Part shown: in pieces, positions 49,406 to 60,708 of the stretch
How the letters are laid out: every line of letters starts with the position of its first letter
How positions within the stretch are numbered: the first letter of the stretch is position 1
Assembly (NCBI GenBank): GCA_038087875.1
Contig: CM075994.1
Span: 2,048,001-2,112,000 of the forward strand
Reading direction: 5' to 3'
Origin: Malacoraja senta
Taxonomy: Eukaryota
DNA: 64,000 bases
Notes under the pieces: model-generated
What the model was told of the DNA's origin: nothing
What the model saw: only the letters and a program-made list of their open reading frames with translations
The model's database searches: none
Program-made: the position numbers and the translations under genes

Positions 49406-51490
49406 TAACCATATAACCATATAACCATTACAGCACGGAAACAGGCCATCTCGGCCCTTCAAGTCCGTGCCGAACATTTTTTTTTTTTTTTAAATAAATA
49501 CTTCCCCCTAGTCCCATCTACCTGCACTCAGACCATAACCCTCCATTCCTTTCCCATCCATATACCCATCCAATCTATTTTTAAAGGATAAAATCGAACC
49601 TGCCTCCACCACTTCCACTGGAAGCTCATTCCACACAGCTACCACTCTCTGAGTAAAGAAGTTCCCCCTAATGTTACCCCTAAACTTCTGTCCCTTAATT
49701 CTCAAGTCATGTCCCCTTGTTTGAATCTTCCCTACTTTCAATGGAAAAAGCTTATCCACGTCAACTCTATCTAACCCGCTCATAATTTTAAAGACCTCTA
49801 TCAAGTCCCCACTTAACCTTCTGCGCTCCAAAGAATAAAGACCTAACTTGTTCAACCTTCCTCTGTAACTTAGTTGCTGAAACCCAGGCAACATTCTAGT
49901 AAATCTCCTCTGTACTCTCTCTATTTTGTTGACATCCTTCCTATAATTAGGCAACCAAAATTGTACTCCATACTCCAGAATTGGCCTCACCAATGCCTTG
50001 TACAATTTTAACATTACATCCCAACTTCTACATTCAATGCTCTGATTTATAAAGGCCAGCACACCAAAAGCTTTCTTTACCACCCTATCTACATGAGATT
50101 CCACCTTCAGGGAACTATGCACAGTTATTCTTAGATCCCTCTGTTCAACTACATTCCTCAATTCTCTACCATTTACCATGTACTTCCTATTTTGATTTGT
50201 CCTGCCGAGATGTAGTACCTCACATTTATCAGCATTAAACTCCATCTGCCATCTTTCAGCCCACTCTTCCAAATGGCCTAAATATCTCTGTAGACTTTGA
50301 AAATCTACTTCATTATCCACCACACCACCTATCTTAGTATCATCTGCATACTTACTAATCCAATTTTCCACACCATCATCCAGCTCATTGATGTACATGA
50401 CAAACAACAGTGGACCCAACACAGACCCCTGAGGCACCCCACTAGTTACCAGCCTCCAACCTGACAACAGCCATCCACCATTACTCTCTGGCATCTCCCA
50501 TTCAGCCACTGTTGAATCCATCTTGCTACTCCACCATTAATACCCAACAATTTAATCTTCTTAACCAACCTTCCATGAGGAACCTTGTCAAAGGCCTTAC
50601 TGAAGTCCATATAGACAACATCCACTGCTTTACCCTCATCAATTTCCCTAGTAACCTCTTCGAAAAATTCTAGAAGATTAGTCAAACATGACCTTCCAGG
50701 CACAAATCCATGTTGACTGTTCCTAATCAGACCCTGCTTATCCAGATGCTTATATATATTATCTCTAAGTATCCTTTCCATTAATTTGCCCACAACTGAC
50801 GTCAAACTAACAGGTCTATAATTGCTAGGTTTACTCTTAGAACCCTTTTTAAACAACGGAACAACATGCGCAGTACGCCAATCCTCCGGCACTATTCCCG
50901 TTTCTAATGACATTTGAAATATTTCTGTCATAGCCCCTGTTATTTCTACACTAACTTCCCTCAATGTCCTCGGGAATATCCTGTCAGGACCTGGAGACTT
51001 ATCCGTTTTCATATTTTTCAAAAGTGTCCACACCTCCTCTTCTTTGAATCTCATAGTTTCCATTGCTACTCTGCTTGTTTCCCTTACCTCACATAATTCC
51101 ATATCCTTCTCCTTGGTGAATACCGAAGAAAAGAAATTGTTCAATATCTCCCCCATCTCTTTTGGCTCTGCAGATAGCTGTCCACTCTGACTCTCTAATG
51201 GACCAATTTTATTCTTTGTTATCCTTTTGCTATTAATATAGCTGTAGAAACCCTTTGGATTTACTTTCACCTTACTTGCCAAAGCAACCTCATATCTTCT
51301 TTTAGCTTTTCTAATTACTTTCTTAATATTCTTTTTACATTCTTTATACTCCTCAAGCACCTCATTTACTCCATTCTGCCTATAATTATTGTAGATCTCT
51401 CTCTTTTTCCGAACCGTGTCCAATTTCCCTTGAAAACCATGGCTCATGTCAATTTTTACTATTTCCTTTCAAACGAACAGGGACATAAAG
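49406..51490 (-). mobile_element. 5'-truncated CR1 of a different subfamily
   Basis: ORFs 50446-51447 and 49508-50521 with [11 protein letters not shown] and YADDTK; (ATGGTTAT)n tail. Confidence 0.93.
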
Positions 51491-51738
51491 ATGTTAAAGA
51501 AGGAACTGCAGATGCTGGAAAATCGAAGGTACACAAAAATGCTGGAGAAACTCAGCGGGTGCAGCAGCATCTGTGGAGCGAAGGAAACAGGCAAAGTTTC
51601 GGGCTGAAACCCTTCTTCAGACTAAAGTTTCTGTACTCTTAAAATTTCACCCTTAAATGTCCTCCATTTCTCTTCTACATCCTTCCCATAAAGCAACATG
51701 TCCCAATTCACTCCTTTTAAATCCTTTCGCATCTCCTC

Positions 51739-52074
51739 GAGGTCCCATCCCCAGGAAAGACCTGTCCCCACAAGGACCATCCTAGGAGGACCATCCTAGG
51801 AGGACCCATCTTGTTTTTCCAAAAATAAATGTAATCAATTATTTACAACAATAAGATGCTCCCTGGCCGGCTGGATTCCTCCAGCACTTTGTGTTTTGAT
51901 CAAAATTTCAACAGTTCCAGTTCCTAGAACCCCAACCGTCCCCAGGAGGACCATCCATGGAAGCCCCATCCCTAGGAGGTCCCGTCCCCAGGAAAGACCT
52001 GTCCCCACAAGGACCATCCTAGGAGGACCCTTGTTTTTCCAAAAATAAATGTAATCAATTATTTACAACAATAA
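51739..52074. repeat. Local direct duplication of about 100-115 bp
   Basis: AGGTCCC.TCCCCAGGAAAGACC...TTTACAACAATAA at 51739-51853 and 51977-52074. Confidence 0.8.
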
Positions 52075-52269
52075 TATTGACAATACAAACAGTAAGAACA
52101 CACCCACAACCAAATACATAAATTCCCAAATACTCTTAAATATTCCTAAATACCAAACATACTAAATATTAAATAACTATACTACAATCCTTGTGTAGGA
52201 AGAAATTGCAGATACGAGTTATACACCAAAGATAGACACAAAATGCTGGAGTAACTCAGGCAGGACAGG

Positions 52270-52690
52270 GAGAAGAAGGTAGACACAAAATGTTGGAGTA
52301 AGTCAGTGGGTGAGGTAGCATCTCTGGAGAGAAGGAATGGGCGACGTTTCGGGTCGAGATCCTTCTTCAGACTGATGTCAGGAGAGGGGGCGGGACAAAG
52401 ATAGAATGTAGGTGGAGACAGTAAGACTAGTGGGAGAACTGGGAAGGGGATGGGGAGGGAAAGCAAGGGCTAACTGATGTTAGAAAAGTAAATGTTCATA
52501 CCGCTGGGGTGTAATCTACCCAAGCGAAATATGAGGTGCTGTTCCTCCAATTTGCGCTGGGCCTCACTCTGACAATGGAGGAGGCCCAGGACAGAAATGT
52601 CAGATATGGAATGGGAGGGGGAGTTGAAGTGCTGAGCCACCGGGAGATCAGGTAGGTTAAGACGGACTGAGTGGAGGTGGTTAAGACGGA
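52270..52690 (-). mobile_element. Neptune/Penelope 3' fragment
   Basis: Matches 29560-29960 (LEEQHLIFRLG region plus hammerhead-bearing end). Confidence 0.85.
52343..52370 (-). ncRNA. Minimal hammerhead ribozyme core (Penelope-associated)
   Basis: - strand CTGAAGA-A-GGATCTCGACCC-GAAA-CGTC, inside a Neptune 3' fragment. Confidence 0.55.
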
Positions 52691-52799
52691 CTGAGTGGAG
52701 GACATTCTTACACGTTTTGTCAGCATCTGCAGTTCTTTCTTACAGTCACCCATTCCTTCTCCCCTGAGAAGCTGCCTGTACTATTTTATGTCTATCTTC

Positions 52800-54490
52800 G
52801 ATCTACTACAATCCTTGTCCAGGATGCATTTGACCGCCCGCTTGCCCAGCGGTCCTCGAACCCCTCATGGTGCCTTTGCACACCGAATGTTCCAGGGACA
52901 CCCTGGCACGGACGTGACCCCGGAAAGCGGGCAGGCAGTCGGCTCTGGCGGAGCCCTCGTCTGCCTGGCGCCATGACCCACGAATGGCCAGCTTGACCAG
53001 GCCCAGGAGCAAACCAACCAGAATATCCTCGGTTATACCCACTCCCCAACGCACGGGATATAAAAGATGAGAACGGCAGGGCTTGAAGTGTAGCCAGAAG
53101 AGGAGTAGCCCCTTCAAATAGGGAGGTTGCATGGCAGTCGGGTCACGACCCGTGACCCGTACTGTTGCCACGCAACGCCAACTGGAGTACACGCGATGAA
53201 CTGCAGGTAAGCACTTACCATTGTTTCCAGCGTAGCGGGCCCGTTAAAAAACGCTGAAATGGTCAGTTTTTGCACTGTAAATAATTATGGCAATTGGGGT
53301 AAGCGTGAGAGATATTTGTCCTACTTCAGAATTCCAAAAGTGAGGAGAAATGACGGTAGAGAAAAGCGGCAGCTGAAGGGACAACAACAGCTAATGTGCT
53401 TGCCGAACATTGGCCGTGCAGATATCGAGATTGAAAATAGTTGCTCACTGCATTTCATCAACAGTAAGGCATTATTTGTGTTTTTTCTTGATTCCTTTGA
53501 TATCTAAAAAGTTTCAGAAGTGATAAATCTTGCTGTTAAATTTTAAAATCGCCCATGGTTCTCAAGTGGGTTTTTAACATACAAAAAGAAAACGCTTCTG
53601 AAGCAAAATTTATCATTAAAAAAAAATCGCAAACCATACGTGGGTTTTGAATTACATTTTACTCAGATGCAAGCCAAGGAATGGCATAATTGTTAGCTGT
53701 TAATTGGACATAATCAACCTCAGCAAATTGACAATATCCTATTGAAAGGGAGTGGGTGTTTAAGCTGTCAAGACATTTTATTATTTGCCAAAATATACAT
53801 CTCAATAGCATCATGATAGAAAACTTACTTTTCTACACACCACTCGTACGTCTGTAGTTTTTTAATGATAAATTTAGCTTCAGAAGCGTTTTCTTTTTGC
53901 ATGTAAAAACCCACTTCAGAACCATGGGCTATTTTAAAATTTTACAGCCAGATTTATCACTTTGAAACATTTTAGATACCAAAGGAATCAAGAAAAAACA
54001 CAAATAATGCCTTACTGTTGATGAAATGCAGTGAGCAAATGCGATAATTCCCAATATTTTCAATCTCGATATCTGCACAGCTAATGTTCGGCAAGCACTT
54101 GAGCTGTTGTTGTCCCTTCAGCTCTCGCTTCTCTCTACCGTCATTTCTCCTCACTTTTGCAATTCTGAAGTAGGATAAATGTCTCTCACGCTTACCCAGA
54201 TTTCCACAATTATTTACAGCGCAAAAAATGACATTTTCAGCGGTTTTTAACAGGTAAGAAAGTACGCGTTTCGTGTATTAACAGTATATGCCGGAAGCTG
54301 CCATGTCCTCCACATGGATTGAGCTGGTCCGTGCGTCACGCCCTTTGACCTTACGTGCAACCCCCGATACTTAAACAGGGACTGCAACCTCACACACTCC
54401 ATGGAGACAGGGAAGTGGCAGATGGCCCATCCATAGGAGGTCCATTCCAGTCCGCTGAGTGTCTCCGTCCCCTGGAGGACCATCACGTCG
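52800..54490 (-). mobile_element. Degenerate L1/Tx1-like ORF2 C-terminal fragment split by the THAP element
   Basis: ECVRLQSLFKY (right flank) joins LKGLLLFWLHF...LLLGLVKLAI (left flank). Confidence 0.65.
53121..54366. mobile_element. Non-autonomous foldback DNA transposon with THAP-coding inverted arms (Harbinger/ISL2EU-like)
   Basis: ATA|GGGAGGTTGCA...TGCAACCCCCG|ATA; inverted arms about 53243-53623 and 53858-54251, each encoding C-x4-C...FRIP...ICSLHF-like sequence. Confidence 0.8.
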
Positions 54491-54800
54491 TCAGGCTTCA
54501 TGTGTCGGTAGACGCGATCGGTGCAATTTAAATCGGAACGCCCGACAGTCCCCTTCCTTCCTACCTTGTCGTGGTGACAGCCTCCCGTCCGCAGCGGTAC
54601 ACAGCTGACACCGGGGTCCGCTCGGGGTCCACAGCGGAATCTCGGGGCCGACGGCGCGCGGGAGGCCAACCAACTGCCGCCGTTCCTGCCACGTCCCCCC
54701 CCCGTCACCCTGGCAACTGCCGCCGGGCCCGGCCCGCGCATGCGCGGCATGTCGACGGGAGAAGGCCCGTGTGGGGTTCGCCGGGAAAACCACGGGTTTG
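54480..54800. promoter_or_regulatory. CpG-rich promoter region of PGM3
   Basis: High GC and CpG; TGCCACGTC (54687-54695), X-box-like GTCACCCTGGCAAC (54704-54717), NRF1-type palindrome CCGCGCATGCGCGG (54734-54747). Confidence 0.7.
54565..54685 (-). other. PGM3: Probable non-coding exon 1 of PGM3 (5' boundary approximate)
   Basis: Exon 2 starts at a splice acceptor, so an upstream exon is required; this CpG-rich non-repeat segment has a - strand donor AAG|GTAGGA at 54565/54564 and no ATG. Confidence 0.65.
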
Positions 54801-55211
54801 TGTGGAGACACCTTGCATGATCACGTTGTTGCCCCAGTCTTTCCTTCTCTAAAAATAATATATTTTGCTGCACTCTTACAATGTATGAAATTATAATTGT
54901 ATTTATTATAATTGGGTTGCCCAGTCTGAATGTGTAGGAAGGATAGACGCAAAATGCTGTGTATGAAGGCACTGGGAATGCTGGTTTACACTGAAGATAC
55001 ACACAAAATGCTGGAGTAACTCAGCAGTCAGGAATATCTCGAGAAAAGGAACAGAAGAGTCTGGACAAGAAACGTCACCTATTCCTTTTCTCCAGAGATA
55101 CTGGCTGTGGAGTTGCCAACTGTCCCGTATCAGCCGGGACAACCCATATATTGGGCTAAATTGGTTTGTCCCATAAGGCACTGCCCTTGTCCCGTATTTG
55201 ACTGCTACCAA

Positions 55212-56212
55212 CAGGTGCTCCTCAACTTACAATGGGGTTCCGTTCCGATAAACCCATCGTAAATCGAAAATATCGTAAGTCGAAAATGCATTTAATACAC
55301 CTAACCTACCATTACCAGAGTGTTCAGGGTTGGACCGCCAGGTGATTGTGGGTTTTCATTCTCCTGGTTAGTTCCCCTCCCCCTCTCCCTCCCCCTCTCC
55401 CTCTCTCTCCTCTTCAGTCCTCTGCGTCTGGGAGTGATTTTAATTTCCACGTTTTAATTATGAAATATCTTTGGCGTCTCTCAACCGCCCACTCCCACTC
55501 CTGTTCGGTCGGAGCGCTCACCAATTCCCTGTGTATAGACAATTGTCCCTGTTCGGTCGGAGCGCTCACCAATTCCCTGAGTACTGACACCCCTTAAATT
55601 TCCCGAGTGCCAGCCCCCGCAGGAGCGAACACATGACGAATTGTCACTGCAGGCAGCAGCTCTGAGATTTTATCAACTGCCTCATCAGATCTGTTGCTGT
55701 TCGATGTCCATCTCGTCTCCTGCAAGATTCCTCACGTCCCTCCCTCATCGCTTCCTCCCACGGAAAGGCTAACACGGTTCTCTTATCTCCCAACAAAATC
55801 TTGCCGTACGCCAGCCTCTTCTTCGGTCCTGAAGCTCGCCTCTTCTGTATCCATTGCATGCTTTCTCTCTCTCCAGCCTCAGCTCAGATACCTTGCATTC
55901 AAAACAGCTGACTCATTCGACCTTACATCAAGATAAATAGGAGAGAGAGTGCACAGGCTAGCGTTAGATACTAACAAGCCAGCTCAGGCGAGCGAGTGGG
56001 TCTGCTGAATAGAGCAGGCGTAAATCAAAATATAACATAGGAAAGCAATTTTAATTAAACAGTAAAGCATTACCGCTTAAATTATCAATGCAGCCCAACG
56101 CTGCCACAGGGCCAGGCTATTGAAATACGGTTTCTACTGAATGTGTATCGTTTTTGCACCATCGTAGTCGAAATATCGTCAGTCGAAGCATCGTAAGTCG
56201 AGGAACATCTTG
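55212..56212. mobile_element. pogo/Tigger-like non-autonomous element (Tigger4/Zombi-like ends)
   Basis: TIRs CAGGTGCTCCTCAACTTACAATG / CATCGTAAGTCGAGGAACATCTTG|TA. Confidence 0.7.
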
Positions 56213-56225
56213 TACCCTGTTACAC

Positions 56226-56308
56226 CAGAGTGCACGCTTACAGACAGATCCTAGATCTGATACAACAGAGTGCACGCTTACAGACAGATCCTAGATCTGA
56301 TACAACAG
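56226..56308. repeat. 40-bp tandem duplication
   Basis: CAGAGTGCACGCTTACAGACAGATCCTAGATCTGATACAA twice. Confidence 0.9.
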
Positions 56309-58554
56309 CGTGCGTGTTGTATGTGTTGTTGACACCACCCACAAGTGATTCACCTGCCATCCAATCACAAGCCCCCTTATGCGCATCCGTTGTACGTTAT
56401 ATTTTGCCAAAACAATAAGTTTCAGTAACGTCTGGTGTTGTTCGGTCGGTTTGGCATATGCAAATATGGATAAACCTGTAAAAAAAAGTAAAGACTGTGC
56501 AGCTATAACAAGCAATGGGAAGCAAAAAAGACGTGGGTTAAGCCCGTCAGCGGTGACTCGACGAAGGCCTTCTGTACTTTATGCCATCGGGAATTTGTCC
56601 CTTATTTTCACCTTTTGTTTCTTATTTGGGAGTGAGAAAATTGACAACCCTAGCTGCCTGACAAATAAATGTTCACTTACTGTAGCTTAACCAGGCACGT
56701 AAATGCAATGCACATAGATAAGTAAAATAATTAAAAGGATCACAAAGGGACCCAGGTATCCTCACACACAAATCACTGAAAGTTAACATGCAGGTGAAAA
56801 GGCAAATGTTTTGTTTATCTTTATAACAAGAACATTTGGGTACAGCAGAAAAATATTTTGTGTAGGATCTTAGAAAAACCATGTCAAGTGTATTTTGTAC
56901 AATTTTGGTTCACCTATCCTAAGGAAGGATATCTTTGCTATGGAAGTAGTTTGGTGAAGATTTACCAGTATGGTTCCTGAGATAGTATTTGTGTTGATGA
57001 GAGAATGCTAGGCTAGTGTTTTAGCAGAATGAGAGACACAAGTTCAAATACAAGAGGAAGGGGTAGGCCATTTAGAACGGAGATGAGGAAAAACGTTTTC
57101 ACCCAGAGAGTTGTGAATCTGTGGAATTGTCTGCCTCAGAAGGCAGTGGAGGTCAATTCTCTGGATGCTTTCAAGAGAGAGTTAGATAGAGCTCTTAAAG
57201 ATAGTGGAGTCAAGGGATATGGGAAGAAGGCAGGAACGGGGTACTGATTGTGGATGATCAGACATGATCACAGTGAATGGCGGTGCTGACTCAAAGGGAT
57301 GAATGGCCTAATTCTGCACCCATTGTCTATTGAAATTGAACAATGGAATTACAGGGTCTTTGAACCGAAACATTAACTTTATTTCCATTTCCACAGGGCG
57401 GCACGGTGGCACAGCGGTAGAGTTGCTGCCTTACAGGATGCTGCCTGACTACAGGTGCTGTCTGTACAGTTTTAGGTTCTCCTTGGGATCGCATGGATTT
57501 TCTCTGGGTGCTCCAATTTCTTCCCACACTCCAATGACATACAGGTTTGTAGGTTAATTGGCTTAGGTAAAATTGTAAATTGTCCCTAGTGTGTAAGATA
57601 GTGCTACTGTATGGTGTTATCGCTGGTCAGTGTGGATGGCGTGGGCTGCAGGGCTTGTTTCTGCGCTATATCTCTAAAGTAAAGTAAAGTCATAGATGCT
57701 GCTTGACCATTAGTGATGCAGCATGGAAACGGGTTCTTCAGTCCACCAAGTCCACACTGGCCATCAATCACCCGTTCACACGAGTTCTATGTTTCCCACT
57801 TTCTCATCCACTCTGCACATTTGGGGCAATTTGCCATGGCCAATTAACCCACAAATCCGCATGTCTTTGGGATATGGGAGGAAACTACAGCACTTGTCCC
57901 TCTCGCCTTAAACATATGTCCTCTGGTTTTAAAACCCCTACCCTGGTTAAGGACCCAATACCTAAAATGTGCTGAAATGTCAGTGGATAGTACCACCTTT
58001 TTGATGTGTGTCCTTCAGTTTCAGTGACAGCGAGAAAAATTCTAGGTGCAGTCAATCATCATCTACATCAGCCCAGTGATCACAAGCTATATCACTGTGC
58101 TTTCTTTCTGCTTCATGTGTTTGAAATACACAGCTTTACCTTCACCGAATCCAAATTATATTCTAACACACCTGCCTGTCAGGAATACAGCAGGTGTGTG
58201 TCCTGCAGCTACGTGTGCATATTCCAGTAAGAAGTGAGAAATCTCCTATCAACCACTTCACAATGTGAACCACCCTTTCTGACAAAATGGGTGAGATTGT
58301 GCTGTGTGAATGTGTTTAGCACTATTCCTTCTCAGGGAGTTGGCAAATTAAGCCAAAATTGCTTCTGATGAAGTGTGGGAAGGAACTGCAAATACTAGTT
58401 TATAATGAAGATAGACACAAAATGCTGGAGTAACTCAGCGGATTAGGCAGCATCTCTGAAGAAAAAGAATAGGTGATATTTCTGATTGGAAGAAGGGTTC
58501 CAACCCAAAATGTCACCTATTATTTTTCTCTAGAGATGCTGCCTGACTCTCTGC

Positions 58555-60190
58555 CGTCTTCACTAAGGAGGACACAAACAATCTTCCTGATGTACTGGTG
58601 GCCAGAGGACCTGGGGTGGCGGAGGAACTGAAGGAAATCCACATTAGGCAGGAAATGGTGTTGGGTAGACTGATGGGACTGAAGGCTGATAAATCCCCAG
58701 GGCCTGATGGTCTGCATCCCAGGGTACTTAAGGAAGTGGCTCTAGAAATCGTGGATGCATTGGTGTTCATTCTCCAATGTTCTATAGATTCAGGATCAGT
58801 TCCTGTGGATTGGAGGGTAGCTAATGTTATCCCACTTTTTAAGAAAGGCGGGAGAGAGAAAACAGGGAATTATAGACCAGTTAGCCTGACATCGGTAGTG
58901 GGGAAGATGCTGGAGTCAATCATAAAAGATGAAATAGCGGCACATTTGGATAGCAGTAACAGGACCAGTCCGAGTCAGCATGGATTTACGAAGGGGAAAT
59001 CATGCTTGACTAATCTTCTAGAATTTTTTGATGGTGTAAATAGGAAAATGGACAAGGGAGAGCCAGTGGATGTAGTGTACCTGGACTTTAAGAAAGCATT
59101 TGATAAGGTCCCACATAGGAGATTAGTGGGCAAAATTAGGGCACATGGTATTGGGGGTAGAGTGCTGACATGGATAAAAAATTGTCTGGCAGACAGGAAA
59201 CAAAGAGTAGGGATTAACGGGTCCCTTTCAGAATAGTAGGCAGTGACTAGTGGAGTACCGCAGTGCTGGGACCGCAGCTATTTACAATATACATCAATGA
59301 TTTAGATGAAGGGGTTCAAAGTAACATTAGCAAATTTGCAGATGACACAAAGCTGGGTGGCAGTGTGAACTGTGAGGAGGATGCTATGAGAATGCAGGAT
59401 GACTTGGACAGGTTAGGTGAGTGGGTGAGCAAAAACAGGCAGATTATTATCTAATGGTGTCAAATTGGGAAAAGGGGAAGTACAACGGGATCTGTGGGTT
59501 CTTGTTCATCAGTCAATGAAAGTAAGCATGCAGGCAGTGAAGAAAGCGAATGGCATGTTGGCCTTCATAACAAGAGGAGTTGAGTATATGAGCAAAGAGG
59601 TCCTTCTGCAGTTGTACAGGTCCCTAGTGAGACCACACCTGGAGCATTGTGTGCTGTTTTGTTCCCCTAATTTGAGGAAGGACATTCTTGCTATTGAGGG
59701 AGTGCAGCGTAGGTTTACAAGGTTAATTCCCGGAAATGCGGGACTGTCATATGCTGAGAGAATGGAGCGGCTGGGCTTGTATACTCTGGAATTTAGAAGG
59801 ATGAGAGGGCATCTTATTGAAACATATAAGATTATTAAGGGTTTGGACACGCTAGAGGCAGGAAACGTGTTCCCGATGTTGGGGGAGTCCAGAACCAGGG
59901 GGCCACAGTTTAAGAATAAGGAGTAAGCCATTTAGAACGGAGATGAGGAAACACTTTTTCACCCAGAGAGTTGTGAGTCTGTAGAATTCTCTGCCTCAGA
60001 GGTCAGTGGAGGCTGGTTCTCTGGATACTTTCAAGAGAGAGCTAGATAGGGCTCTTAAAGATAGTGGAGTCAGGGGATATGGGGAGAAGGCAGGAACGGG
60101 GTACTGATTGGGGATGATCAGCCATGATCACATTGAATGGCGGTGCTGGCTCGAAGGGCCGAATGGCCTACTCCTGCACCTATTGTCTAT
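58555..60190 (+). mobile_element. 5'-truncated CR1 LINE
   Basis: [29 protein letters not shown]; stops; (TATTGTC) tail. Confidence 0.93.
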
Positions 60191-60504
60191 TTGTATACAT
60201 TGGGTATGCAGCAAAGAATTTCACATGTGACAAGAAAGTATTCCATTCCATTCCATCTACAGTTCCTTCCTACGCATTTTGAAGAAGGGTCCTGACCCAA
60301 AACGTCACCAATCCTTTGTCTCCAGAGATGCTGCCTGCCAACTGGGTTACTCCAGCACTTTGAGTTTATCTAACATTCTGGTAAACCTCTTCTGCACCTT
60401 CACCACCAAATCCTTCCTACAATGAGGGGGCGACCAGAATTGTATATGACTTCACACATTCTGGTTGGCTGAGGTTACCTCTTGTTGTTCCCAACCCCAA
60501 AGAG

Positions 60505-60708
60505 ATTTGAACCAAAGATCCTATAGCTTGCTTTATGATCCAAAGATCCCATATCTTTGATGGGATCTTTGATTTGAACCTCGCGCCGCCACCCGCGACG
60601 TCGTCCACGCCATCACGCAACGTGGATTTGGGTGGGGGTGGGGCTCGGGAGGTGGTGCGTCTGCGCCCCGCCGGTCGGCTGCACCGCTATGGGATCTTTG
60701 GGCTGCAC
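60505..60708. mobile_element. Cluster of short TIR remnants between 8-bp direct repeats (P-element-like excision footprints)
   Basis: ATTTGAAC[CAAAGATCCTATAGC...ATGGGATCTTTG]ATTTGAAC and GGCTGCAC[C GCTATGGGATCTTTG]GGCTGCAC. Confidence 0.65.

Larger units (their letters stand above)
55108..56652. mobile_element. hAT-like MITE with a nested Tigger-like element
   Basis: Termini TGGAGTTGCCAAC / ATTGACAACCCTA; degenerate 8-bp TSD ACTGGCTG/GCTGCCTG; TGTCCC subterminal repeats. Confidence 0.65.

Noticed and set aside
54247..55002. 251-aa - strand ORF over the PGM3 promoter
   Set aside because: It runs through a Penelope-derived repeat, the GC-rich promoter, an L1/Tx1 fragment and the THAP element end; a chance ORF with no coherent protein
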